NCBI GenBank assembly: GCA_002104905.1
Contig: MCFE01000548.1
Coordinates: 1 to 59,632, forward strand
From: Basidiobolus meristosporus CBS 931.73
Taxonomy: Eukaryota; Fungi; Basidiobolomycota
DNA: 59,632 nt
Reading direction: 5' to 3'
Under the pieces are notes generated by a model that did no database searches, was not told where the DNA came from, and saw only the letters and a program-made list of their open reading frames with translations. The position numbers and the translations under genes were made by a program. Shown here piece after piece: positions 24,823 to 36,279 of this stretch. Each line of letters begins with the position of its first letter. Within the stretch, counting starts at the first letter, position 1.

Positions 24823-26288
24823 TCACCGAGAATGCCCTTGGTTTTTGAGATAGAGTTCAGTCAGCCATTCCTCGTACACTCCCACATCTATGCTGTCGAG
24901 GTATTGGTGGGCTGCCTCGATTCCTTCTTTGCACATCTCAGCATACTTTTTGGGATCGTTGATTAGCTCAGTTATTGCAGCCACCCAAGGATCAACATCC
25001 TGCTCAGGGACCAAATACACTCCCCAGTTCCTGATGTACTCGGGGTCAGTGGACCATTCTCCAGTCAGCATATTGACAGGGATCAGCCCTTTGGTGACAC
25101 CACATTTGGCCTCCGGTAAACCACCAACATTACTTGCTAAAACAGGAATCCCTCGAAGCATCGCCTCCACCACTATCAGCCCGAACGCTTCACGCCATAC
25201 CGAGGGGACTAGGAGAATTTTGGTTAATCCCCAGAGCTCCTCCATATCCCTGAATGTCTCTAGGATGCTATGCAAAGCTTAGTCGGGTCCGAATGAACAC
25301 CCGGTGCTCTATATTTACCTGATGTTCTCCTGGGCTCTGAGAATTTCAATCTGGCCTGGCAGCAGGTTCCATGACTTGACAGCACCAAATGACACATCAG
25401 GAAGCCTCTTTGCTACATCTCGAAATATGTGGAACCCTTTGACGGGGCCTGGGTTGATGGCAGTCACATAACCATGCTTGAAATTGTCGTATGTTCGGAA
25501 AGGCCGAGGGCCAAATGTCAGAGGGTGGATTGGCATGTATGTAGCATCTATCCCACTATGCTCTGCAATGTACTCTTTCAAAGACTTGCTAACCACCCAT
25601 AAGCCATCCACCATCTTCAGACGCTGAGTTTCAACCTCCGACTTGGAGGTACCGAAGTTCGGGAAGCCAGCAAACGGTCCGAATGATAGATGCTCGCAAG
25701 CATGGCAGATGAACACTTTCACGGTAGAGGTGACCTCGGAGAAGATCTTTAGGGAGATGGACTCGTTGAAAATGACGTGGGTGGCCTTGAATTGAGTAAA
25801 CTCGCTCCGAACGAATCCCTGATACGTCTCCATCTCCGTGAACCGCTCCTCATTCTAAACAGAAGGTCATGATCAGGCTGTGCACCTCGTTCTAAGTCCT
25901 ATGAAAGGAAAATTACCCCTATCCAGCTGGTCCGGTGTTTCTTGAACTCCGGCGTGAACACTCTCTCGCAGTCCTCCTGGTCGAAAGCGACCACTTCCAT
26001 GTTTTTGAAGGAGAACCGATAGACTTTTAGCGAAGTAGAGGCACTTCTCGACTCGTCCAAAACAAGAATCTCAGTCGTGTAGGTGAATTCGTCCAGATCC
26101 GAGGGCCATACGTTAGCTATCATTTTGACTGTATGGCCAGACTCGATCAGCCCTTCGGCCAAATGTAGATTTGCTTTGTAGCCGCCAGAAGAGGCGTATA
26201 GACCACGTGCAGATTGGATTAGCAGAAAGCGGAAAGAGTATCGACCAGGGGAAGAACCCTTTCGAGACGAGGTGATATCAGGTTGCAT
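24823..26288 (-). CDS. Glycosyltransferase family 4 (GT-B fold), 3 exons
   Basis: N-terminal FLLIQSARGLYASSGGYKAN; C-terminal LLVPSVWREAFGLIVVEAMLRGIPVLASNVGGLPEA (EX7E motif). Confidence 0.88.
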
Positions 26289-26564
26289 GGCTGTTCATGT
26301 TGGCCCAATCCCCATACCTTTCTTATATTCACTTCATGCTGAACACCGGCTCACGTGCTGCCACAAGCGCTCCCTACGATTGGGACTGAATCCTTGTGAC
26401 GTGACAATCAGCTCACTGAATGAAATCACTAAGCATGAACGAAATGGTGGTAAGAATCAATCAAGTTTATATATTGATCTGGAAATAACCATATGCAGGG
26501 GTAAGGAAGAAACATCAACAAATTATTAGTTTAAATCAGTAGAGTACTCTAACGATAACACAGA

Positions 26565-27535
26565 TTAGTTCTTCTTAGCCTTGGCAGCAGGCTTCTTGTA
26601 AGTCTTTCTAAAGAAGCTGATGAAGAGCACAAGGTAGGAGGAAAGAAGAGCACATCCAAATAATGCAGCCCCGATGGTTCCGGAGCAAGTACCCATGTTA
26701 GGCATGTATGGGAAATGATTAAACGCGAAGTAAGTATAAGTACAGAAGTAAACAAAACCAAGATCAAGAACAAATTGAGTAATCTGGAGTGTGGTAAGGT
26801 ACTTCTTCCACCAGATGCGGGCGCCAGAGGTGGCCCTGTAGTAGTAATAATACATGAGGACGTGAACAATGAGGTTCAAGGTGATGGGAACCCAGGACTA
26901 CAAAGGAGGCGAGTTAGTACAATGGAGCTGGGACATTGCCAATTTCGAGACAATACGTACGACTGAGGTGTTGCCCATCAACTGGCTGTAGCAGAGAACC
27001 ATTGTCAAGCTGTGGTGGTAATAATGCAAGAATTCTGCAAATGGATTAGCACTTGTTCATCAAGATACGTTGGCGAGGCACACTTACCAAGCTTCTTCTT
27101 CTTCAAGACCAGGAAGAGGGTATCAATAAGCTCGTAGTACTTCACCAGATAATTCAGATAATACAGAAGCTCCAGGCGTTGAGTCCAAGCGTTACGGTCG
27201 CAAATAGCATAGAGAAGTCCACCACGAGCATAAATAGGAATGATGTTCTCTAGAATAAGGACCAATAGACCGAGGGACACAAGGGTCAGGAAGATGTTGT
27301 GAACTTTGAAGAGGAAGTCAAGCTTGAATGGCTTTCTATTTTTCAAGAGGTATTGGCCGCCAAAAATGATGGCCAAGTAGAGGATGCATGAGACGAAAAC
27401 TTCGGTCGGAGTTGAAAGGGGAGTTACACCTTCGATGAAACGGAACTCAGAAGCGGTTTGGCCGGTGACTGCCTTGTACAGCTTTTCGAACAGCGGCTCG
27501 AAAGAAATACCAAAAGGACGCTCAGGGTTCCACAT
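26565..27535 (-). CDS. ELO: Fatty acid elongase (ELO/GNS1-SUR4 family)
   Basis: KYYELIDTLFLVLKKK, LHYYHH box in a middle exon, NLIVHVLMYYYY, LTTLQITQF, C-terminal di-lysine KAKKN; probable ATG at 27535 (MWNPERP). Confidence 0.95.
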
Positions 27536-27960
27536 TAGAAAGGGAGAAAGAGGGGATACAGGAGAGCAACAACCAGTTTTACTTCTTGGCAACTTAAAAG
27601 AATTTTAAATCCACTGCTGGAGGGAATGGTAATTGGGCCAGTTGTTTTGGACGAATATTACTCGAGGATAGCACCAGTGCCTCCATATTAGCCAAGAAGT
27701 TCTTTTTATTGATTATCCTACATTGGGTATTACACGCGATATTTTGGCCTATCAATGGCCACCACCACGTTCAGTAACTTGAAATAATCACAGGGATTCA
27801 TATGATTCGGTGAGTAACCCAACAAAAGGGGTAATCAATTGGTCCTGATTTAGAATTAAGATTATAATTATGGGCAATAGCAGCATTTTATCTAGCATTG
27901 GAATGGGTGAGTGCACCATTGTATAGAGCACTGGAATGGGTGATAGCATGGGCGATGGGT

Positions 27961-29274
27961 TTATTCCTTGAGTTGAAACATAAACACATGTAGACCAAGG
28001 TGGGAGTAAAGTAGTGTCCTATGGAATTTCTCCTGAGCGCGGGCAAAAAATTGCTTCTCCATCTCGGGAACACGAGGTTTGAATCCGATGAGGATGGCGG
28101 TTTTCCGTGATTGAGCCAAGGTACTCATCGTTTCCAGCAGTAGAGAGTGGCTGGAGCTGTTGTACGCTACGTCAGCGGCCAGGACAAGGTCGACCGTAGG
28201 CAGCTCGGACGTATTGCCACCAGTCCACTGCGCAGTTTTCCACAAAGATAATGTCTGTGTGATCACCTCCTCGCCCCATGAAAGCTCGCCCATTCCGACG
28301 CTGATGCTTTTGCTTAATCTGGACTTTTTTTGTGGCGGAGAATCCCCTGAATTATTGGTGAGGCTCAGGAACCCCTGGGTCCTCCGAACGTTACACTCCA
28401 GGACTGGAAGCACTTCGGAGAGATCGGTCAACAGGATTTGTGCCTTGTGAATACGCCGATGCTCTAATATCCGCGATAGCGATAAACCAACCAATCCGCA
28501 TCCACAGCCTAGTTCTATCACATTCAAGTGGCTTTTTTTCTTGTTTAAATTCAGCGAATTGATAAGCCATTGTGTTGCTGCCACATTGATGGTGGGTGTG
28601 GTTGATCTGAGTTGCTGCCAGTCTTCCATGTTTCCCAGATCCATATTTGATAGAATCTCTTCATATGGAGTAGCCGGTAGTTCTCCTGTAGTGACGTTTG
28701 TGAATGTGTTTCGATCAGTTGACTCGATGTATCCTGAGAGTACTGTGAGGTACTCGCTCATGACAATCGCTGCATCCCAGAGTCTTGTGCCCAGAGTTTG
28801 TTTATCCTGACAGGCTTCAGTAATGATAATGTCGAGCGATTTTTCCTCATTTTTCAGGGGGAGTCTGCAAATACGTTCGCACCTGTCTTGGCGTTTGGAG
28901 GATTTGGGAGTCTGAGTTACAATATTGATGGGCTTAGAGTAAACAGGAAGCACCAGGTACTCGCCGACTCTACGGGAGCAACCAAGAATCCCATCAAGCT
29001 CTCCTTTGGGTTCGATAGCAACTTGCAGTTCCGCTGATAGTGATCCCTTCAAATTATCGGGTACCGTCAAGTCCACTTTCCAACCCTGATAGGCATTATA
29101 ATAAGGCTCCAAGGTCAGGGATTTTTCGAGCAGTACTGACCCAGGAGAAGTGGGATTTTCGGAGTACTTTCGAAGAACAACATTCACCTCGATGGGCACC
29201 TCTCCTTCGAACCCAATATCACCTAAATCGGTACATACTGAAGCAAAATACACGTAGGTCAATGAATTGTGCAC
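27961..29274 (-). CDS. Lysine methyltransferase, family 16 (METTL21/EFM-like); true start uncertain
   Basis: LGTRLWDAAIVMSEYL, VIELGCGCGLVGL (SAM motif I), LLTDL, DLVLAADVAYN. Confidence 0.85.
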   Translation of the reverse strand: MHNSLTYVYFASVCTDLGDIGFEGEVPIEVNVVLRKYSENPTSPGSVLLEKSLTLEPYYNAYQGWKVDLTVPDNLKGSLSAELQVAIEPKGELDGILGCSRRVGEYLVLPVYSKPINIVTQTPKSSKRQDRCERICRLPLKNEEKSLDIIITEACQDKQTLGTRLWDAAIVMSEYLTVLSGYIESTDRNTFTNVTTGELPATPYEEILSNMDLGNMEDWQQLRSTTPTINVAATQWLINSLNLNKKKSHLNVIELGCGCGLVGLSLSRILEHRRIHKAQILLTDLSEVLPVLECNVRRTQGFLSLTNNSGDSPPQKKSRLSKSISVGMGELSWGEEVITQTLSLWKTAQWTGGNTSELPTVDLVLAADVAYNSSSHSLLLETMSTLAQSRKTAILIGFKPRVPEMEKQFFARAQEKFHRTLLYSHLGLHVFMFQLKE

Positions 29275-29991
29275 AAGCGGGTAAACTGTGAGGGGTCAAC
29301 TCAGAACGAAAACTCCGATCGGAAGAACTGTTTTCACGTTCCTACAAGTGAATGTCTCACACAGTTTGCAATACTCCTTCGTGTCAACTTTATAAGCCTC
29401 CCAAAAAGGAGCCACCCACTTTCCCGAACAAAAGGAACTAAACATGAAAGACTTCCATACCGGTAAACAATATCGGCCAACTGGCCCCAGGAGCAGCTTG
29501 GCAGGGTGGAGCCTTTTGAAAAGCCAAACGTAACAGCGACATATGATTTGCAAAGTTACACTGGTCACCCAAGCTAAAGAGATGATGCAGAGGCTGAAAA
29601 AAAAGCTAGCGTTCATACCATTCTCGATATTTTTCATCAGTGTGCAAAGTTAATCATACTTGGATAAGCTAAGCATGATTGGTGGGGCGACTAGTTATCC
29701 TTGAAGCGGGCAAGAAGCTAAAACCTTAGCGGGAATGCTTTTTCCAGATTACCGGAAAAACAAATGGAACTGGCAAAAGGATCAAGACATTTGCCAATTA
29801 TGGCACAATCACTCAATACAAGATTTAAACAAGATTTAAACAAGATTCTTATGTCCCTAGATTGAATTGCGTGATTTAATGATTCATACTGATCTGATAC
29901 TTATATAGAGATCCTTTCAAATATATATACAGGTGGATACTAAAAGGAGTTGGAAAAGTCCACCAAAAAATTACAATAACGGATCTCATTC

Positions 29992-30831
29992 TTACAGCGA
30001 GAATGTGTTGGCCAAGACCCTTAGCTGTCGGTGATCTTCACTACATGGGAGTCTATCTAAGCGAATATCCTGGAGTGGCAAAGCCAAGGGTGGAGTTTGG
30101 GCCGAGTTATTGAATACAAGCGGGGCGAGTTTGATCATTGGCGGTCGGCTGGGCTTGTGTTTGCCGGCGTGGTTAAAAAACCTCTGAGCACATTCTTGTT
30201 GAGGACTGGGGTAGGCTGATGTATTCACGGGCATCGCTATTAATGTGGGAGTGGTCGGTACTGGGCTATGTGCCTTGAAGGGATTAGTCAGCTCGTTCGC
30301 ACGAAAAAGATCAGGGGCGATGTCGGGGTAAAAGCCCTTGGGGATTTTGATGTGTGCAAGAGATGAGTCGAAGCTAGGCACCTTGAGAAGCCCAGAAGCT
30401 ACGTGATCCTTGTTGTAGTAAGATATCAAATGGAGTTTTCGACCCGTAGTTGTGGTAACCGACATTGATTGCTTTACTAGCCCGTTTTCTTTGATAGCGT
30501 CGTCATGTTGATTTGTCCGAGCCCTGTCGTCTGAATCACTGTCGCTATTGGAAAGAGTTGGGGATGGGATTTTTCCTTTGTGTCGCGTCTTTAGCTCTCG
30601 ATAGGTGAGAAAACTCCCAAACACGCGTGAGGGGGACCAAATGTAACCATCAGTCCAACGACGGATCCCAGATTCCCCTTCTTCCCAAATAAATACCGAG
30701 CCAGAACGGATGTTTCGTCGCTCCTTGTCTGCCAATCGCCGTTGAACGCGACTAAGGTACCCAAGACGACACGCTTCAAAGATTAGTAAGGCATCATGGA
30801 CAGACTCAATATAGCCGTGGTAAGTTTCCAT
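29992..30831 (-). CDS. Gti1/Pac2 (WOPR) family transcription factor, Pac2-like
   Basis: METYHGYIESVHDALLIFEAC...RRLADKER...IRSGSVFIWEE.ESGIRRWTDG..WSPSR and second WOPR box LHLISYY. Confidence 0.95.
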   Translation of the reverse strand: METYHGYIESVHDALLIFEACRLGYLSRVQRRLADKERRNIRSGSVFIWEEGESGIRRWTDGYIWSPSRVFGSFLTYRELKTRHKGKIPSPTLSNSDSDSDDRARTNQHDDAIKENGLVKQSMSVTTTTGRKLHLISYYNKDHVASGLLKVPSFDSSLAHIKIPKGFYPDIAPDLFRANELTNPFKAHSPVPTTPTLIAMPVNTSAYPSPQQECAQRFFNHAGKHKPSRPPMIKLAPLVFNNSAQTPPLALPLQDIRLDRLPCSEDHRQLRVLANTFSL

Positions 30832-31962
30832 TCGGTGAAAAAATGATGAATCACGTATAAGCTTGTAACGTTGGTAAGACTCAAACCAAGGCAGATCAGT
30901 TCATTAAATACCTTCCCTGGCAATTTATTCATCCATAAACCAATTTAGGAGCCATGTGGACCGTTAAAGATTAGTGGTGAAACTGGTTGGTCTTATCATC
31001 TTCCTAAACTTTCCCAGAATTTCTAGCGAAATCATCCTGCTATAAGATTAGCTCGGTAAAGTAGTGGGCAGTGTATTTTAGGAGATGGGCACACTTGCCG
31101 TTTACGTATTGGTACAAGCAGCCAACGGTTCGTTGTTATGCGAACTTTAATTTCTCACTCTTTCACAATGTTGTTGTATCTTGACAGATCGAGGCCACCT
31201 GTTTAAGATAGCCCGGGATATCTATTGTATAAGCTAGGAAAATAGTGACTGATTCATGCTTAATAATTAACCGGGAAACCTCGAATGGTCATTTTAGGAA
31301 AATGAGATTTGCATCCGACGCTCTTTCTGATTTCGTTAATTATTATCAGTGGGAAGTAGGTTGTTCCTTTGACCAATCGGCTCTTTCAGGATAAGTGCAA
31401 CACAAAAATATTGCGTGCAAGCTCGCATCTGATCTGTGTAGTCTACGGAACATTGAGCCATAGGAAGTAGAGGAGGTATGAGTTGGTTAGTGCGAGCGCC
31501 AGTCAAATGTTGCTTTTCTTTGCGAACAGTGTTGTCAAGATTCTTCGCTGAAGGCGGTCCTTGGTCATTCATACTCCATATAAGCTTAATTCTCTCGGGT
31601 TACAATAATCGACTCTTGTTCCTGATCGCTAAACCAAATACGGCTTATCTGACAGAGCATCATATCATCTTTTTTTAGCAGTCGCACATATATAGTTTAG
31701 TCACAGAAACATCCACTGGAACGAAGCGGCTGGGCTTACCTGATATATATCCTCGATTTCAGCCACTGAGATTTTGTTTTGTTCCTGAAAAGAGCAATGC
31801 AAATCATGTCACAGATCTGAAACACGTTTGAACAGCATTCTTGGATGACACTGACACTTGAGGGATTTATGATCATAGCACACAACGACCCATATAAAAT
31901 GTACTAGTTCGGGTTTGGACCTTTTGTCTCTTCTCTCTTTCTGACCGATATCACGCGAAATC

Positions 31963-32973
31963 ATGAAAGTCCGATACGAGTCGATACTTATTTGTCTTTT
32001 GGCCGTGACGGTCAGTGGAGAATTGGCCAAACCAATTGAAAATGCTGGTAATAAGAACCCCGCCCAGAAGGTAGATCCAAAGTTGGCCAAACCAAGCGAA
32101 GATGCTGGTAGTAAGAACCCCGCTCAGAAAGCAGATCTAAAGTTGGCCAAACCGAGTGAAAATACTGGTAGTAAGAACCCCGCCCAGAAAGTAGATCCAA
32201 AGTTGGCCAAACCAGATGATGCTGGTAGTAAGGGTTCCGCCCCGAAAGTAGATCCAATGTTGGCCAAACCAGGTGAAAATACTGGTAGTAAGAACTCACC
32301 CCCGAAAGAGGATCCGAAGGTAGCTCGATATTGATGGTCATCAAGTTAATATGGTCGGTCCTCGACCAATACCTAACGATCCCCACCACTCTAGAAAATC
32401 CCATACAGCGAGTTGCCAGAAAAGGAGAGGCCGGGAAGTCTGTTTGCCGGCAGATTCGAAAAAAATGTCCCATGCCTACACGCAATCAAGCAGGCCGAGA
32501 AAGAGAACCCGGCCCTTGTGGAATGTTACAAGCACACGGGGCTCTTTTTCTCTCCTCTCACCAAGGTCTGCTCAACCGGATGTCTCGACCAAACAGTGAA
32601 AGCAGCCAAATCGGTTGCTGCCAAGTGTGACACCAAAAGATCGGGCGGCAATAGCAAGGATCTTGTATTCGCTTCATGGTCCGTGGCCGAGCATGCAAAG
32701 CTATTCTGTTCTCCCGATGGGAAGGGATATTGTATTCGAAAGCTCAAGGAATTCGAATTAACTAAACTCCAAAGAAAAAAGGGGGTAGAGCCCACGGAGG
32801 AAAAAAAGAAAACCCTGTGTCAGCCATGCATAAAGGATATCTACAAGTTGATCCAAAATACGCTCAAAAACAGTACAATTCCTCGTGTTTACTATGACCA
32901 GCCCAAGCGTCTAGACGAGGCGAAAGTCGAAATAGAGCATGTTTGTGGCAAAATATTAAATCTAGAGAAATAG
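31963..32973 (+). CDS. Predicted secreted protein (311 aa) with N-terminal 20-aa tandem repeats and a 10-Cys C-terminal domain
   Basis: Signal-peptide-like MKVRYESILICLLAVTVSG; intron 32320-32394 (GTAGCT...CCTAAC...TAG) joins the two ORFs in frame. Confidence 0.8.
32022..32319 (+). repeat. Coding tandem repeat, about five 60-bp units (one of 57 bp)
   Basis: Units of the form TTGGCCAAACCA...GGTAGTAAGAACCCCGCCCAGAAAGTAGATCCAAAG encoding LAKPxENxGSKNPAQKVDPK. Confidence 0.95.
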
Positions 32974-33108
32974 CTGTTCTGAATACTACTTCGGATGCAA
33001 TAAACCCACTCATTACGATTAGAATGCTGTCGCAAGTTGTTCTTTCCAAGGATACCAAGCTGACTTGATGTGTACAATTCTTTTGTCATCTGTATTCCAA
33101 AGTATGAT

Positions 33109-33904
33109 TCAAGGGACGTTCAGCTTGGGGTTCTCAAAGTAGTCCTGTAGGAAAACTTTGGCCAGGTTCGCCAAACACACATTGGATGAGCTGGATAGTA
33201 ACTTCATCGAGGTTCTCATAGACTCGGTTAATATTACTATCGAGGATTAGTACGGGATTAGATACAGGCATATTAGGGAGAATTGTCAGTACCTTTTGCT
33301 GTTTCTGCCGTAGTGAGAAACATCAAGGTTGTGATGCTGGACATGACTGTTTCCACATTTCCACTCGATAAGCAGTTGATGATTAGTGGTATGCCCTCAT
33401 TCTCTTGAATGAGCTGGCGAATGCGTGAATCTAAGAGAGGGAGGTCAAGACAGGATTCTATTTGGGGAGGATCTTTTGGTAATCGGATACTACGCTTACC
33501 CAAGCATAAGTTACATAGGCCACCGATGGAAAACTCTTTGATTTTCTCATCCTCTTCTTCCAAACCGTCTGCGAAAGCAATCGTTCTCTATTAACACCGT
33601 AATGACACAAGGTATCAAGCCACAAATACCCTACCAAGAAACAGATCAACTACATTTAGTTGAAGTAGCCACGTGTAGTTAATTGGATCGTACGCGAAAT
33701 TACCCAGATTCGCTAGAACCTGGTACTTCGCTTCTATAAAACGTACAAGTGTTGGTATCGACTGATTGATGGTCCACGTTTGTTCATAACAGTACCCGCA
33801 TCATCAGTGTCCTGGTATTCTGTCACTAGCTCCTGTAAATATTCGAATCTGTTCAGACTGTTCGGGCCAGTGCGCCGTTTCAATTGGGAATGTGAAGTGA
33901 ACAT
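33109..33904 (-). CDS. ARMC7: Armadillo repeat-containing protein 7 (minor-spliceosome associated)
   Basis: Spliced product [31 protein letters not shown]...[16 protein letters not shown]...LNVVDLFL...[11 protein letters not shown]...ITTLMFL...[12 protein letters not shown]. Confidence 0.88.
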
Positions 33905-34083
33905 GTGTGAAAGCAAGTGATATTTGCATGGAAATCGCGTATCATGGCGCTTAATCAAGCGCAGAAAATTCTTGATTTTAAATTTAGTACGGCTGGGCAC
34001 ATAATGCAACCTATATCAGAACGACGTAACCAGCCAAATAGCTGTCACCAAAAGCTCCACCCTGCCCATCTTCCAACTTTCCA

Positions 34084-35691
34084 ATGGATATTTCGGACAA
34101 GTCGGTGGTATACGGTTTAAGGCATAATGTATTCAAACAACCCTACTTCCTTCATCCGAGATGCCATTCATACTAAAACTTACTTCAGGCAAGGTGTCTT
34201 ACTTCTGTAAAGGGAAGCTCGCTGCGAAATAAATTCCTAGCTGGTACAAGAAAGCTGAAAGAGAGCAATGAGGTAATTCCCGATTCATTGTCTACGCTCA
34301 CTTAAAAATCAACCGTGTAAAATATTACGACCCAGGAAGATCCATTTGGTCGATTTTGATGAAGAAGAAATGGAAGTAAGGAGCCTAATCTATCGCCATC
34401 CACCAGAGATTTGGTCTTTAGAAACATGCCCCAGCGATGAGCAACTCTTTTTCTCGGTTTACGGGCAAAGTAAGGAGAGTTTGGTTTGATTGACTTCGTC
34501 CACGATATTCACCCTCTGCCGTCAGTCAAGGACAACCAGCAACAATTTGCAGGAACTCTCTGGCGAATGGACAACACGAACGTATTAAATACTAGCGCCG
34601 CCGAAGCCCAGGATTTGCCCTTGAAGGAGCTTGTTACCCTTCAAGATGACCGCTCATTGGGGTATATGAAAAAGTAAGCAGGAGTCAGGAGGAGAGATTG
34701 GACTGTATAGGGACTGAGATATCTATCTAGGGTGCTTTGGAATCCTACTGGGGATCACTCCAAAGTGGTTTCTTTGCATGAACAAGGTCTTCATCAGTGG
34801 TCGTTGGAGTCGGGTTATAGTGGCGCCAAAGTGAGCATCTTCAATCACATGCAATTTGGTAGAACATCTAATAATCATTGTCAGATAATTGACTCAACCG
34901 GAGTCTCAAACGAGGGGAGGTTCAATTGTGCAACTTGGAGCCCACACGAACAACAGATTGTTACAGGGAGGAAAGGCAGTGTGTTAGGCTGGGATATGCG
35001 GAACATAAAGTGAGATTTGAAACAGCAAAAACCCACTGTATCCCAGCTGCTGATCATGATTATTCTCGCTACAGAAGCCCCACGTTTAATATCAAGAGCG
35101 CACATACCCTCAACGTGCGATGCGTCGATTTCAACACCAAACGTGAGCATATTCTAGCGACTGGCGGAGATGATTGTAAGGTCAAATTCTGGGATATCCG
35201 CAACACCAAAGCCCACATCAAGGAAATATGCAATCATACGCATTGGTAAATAGAGCCACTTTGTTGCTTGATGTTCGAATTCTGATCAAAGAGCACACAA
35301 CCAGGGTGTGGTCTGTGTCTTTCAACAGATTCCATGATCAGCTGGTTCTCAGCTCGAGCTCCGACTGCCAGGTCAATCTGGAACGCGTGGACTCCATCTC
35401 GAGCAGTAGGCTGAATGAAACGAACACGCGGTTCGACGAGGCCAGCAGTATGCATTCAGCCGCATACGAATAGTAAGTGGTTATGTATATGGATGTTGAG
35501 TGCACTGACTTAGATTGGTTTCTAGCAACACTCAAGACCTTCTGGTCTTTGCTTATGAGGATCACGAAGAGAGTGTTTATTCAGCGGTCTGGAGCAACGC
35601 CGATCCTTGGATATTGGCCTCCCTCTCTAACGACGGTCGACTGGTCATCAATTTCGTGCCTCGGGAAGAGAAGTACAAAATCTTACAATAA
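34084..35691 (+). CDS. EIPR1: WD40 protein TSSC1/EIPR1 (EARP/GARP interactor), many introns
   Basis: [19 protein letters not shown]...; [64 protein letters not shown]. Confidence 0.9.
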
Positions 35692-36279
35692 GCTACTCTG
35701 AAACTGGTTTAATAAATGAAAAGTTGTACTGTTTGCACTTGTATTTTTTCCTATCATGGTTTACACATGGCTACCAGGTATTTCGTGGCCATCACCGATG
35801 ATTGCTGTTTGGCTCCGCATGTCGCCACCCACATGACAATTTATAATAGTGGAAAAGCAAGTCTCTCATGATTTGGCCAATTCTCGACATGGGACAATGC
35901 CTCATAGACAAATAGGATTCCGCTATTTATCAATGACGAACGTGATCTTGCCCATTCTGGGTCATCTGATACAAATGGAATACTGTTAATGAGACTATCT
36001 TTATTCAGCGTCCTTACTAGAATTGAATGCTATTGTTAATTTAATATGTATATATGTTCTTGGAGAATGCATGCATCGGCTTCTCTGATAATTGGTGGAT
36101 TCTTCTCGTTTCCAAGTCAAGATACATTTGTTTATTCTCCTTGTAACAGTTATACCACGCTTCAACTCCAACTCGCTCTATTGTAAATCATCTGTCCCGC
36201 TTTCATCTGTAAATTTCCCTCCCAATTCCACTAAACCATATATAGCAACCTCCTCCCTCTTTCTATACTACTGTTGACC

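Noticed and set aside
29296-29637. 113-aa ORF upstream of the methyltransferase
   Set aside because: No convincing homology or splice path; it may hide a 5' exon, but I cannot support it.
29818-29847. ACAAGATTTAA x2.6 tandem repeat
   Set aside because: Short intergenic slippage repeat with no further support. The same applies to the degenerate hexamers at 39305-39335.
31963-32334. CRISPR-like array or non-coding repeat
   Set aside because: The units are contiguous, in-frame coding repeats without unique spacers, in a eukaryotic gene. The antisense 157-aa ORF is a by-product.
33047-33054. Second U12 donor (GTATCCTT on minus strand)
   Set aside because: It lies downstream of the ARMC7 stop codon, with no matching branch site or coding need. 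A similar ATATCCTT near 19640 is inside DHX33 coding sequence.
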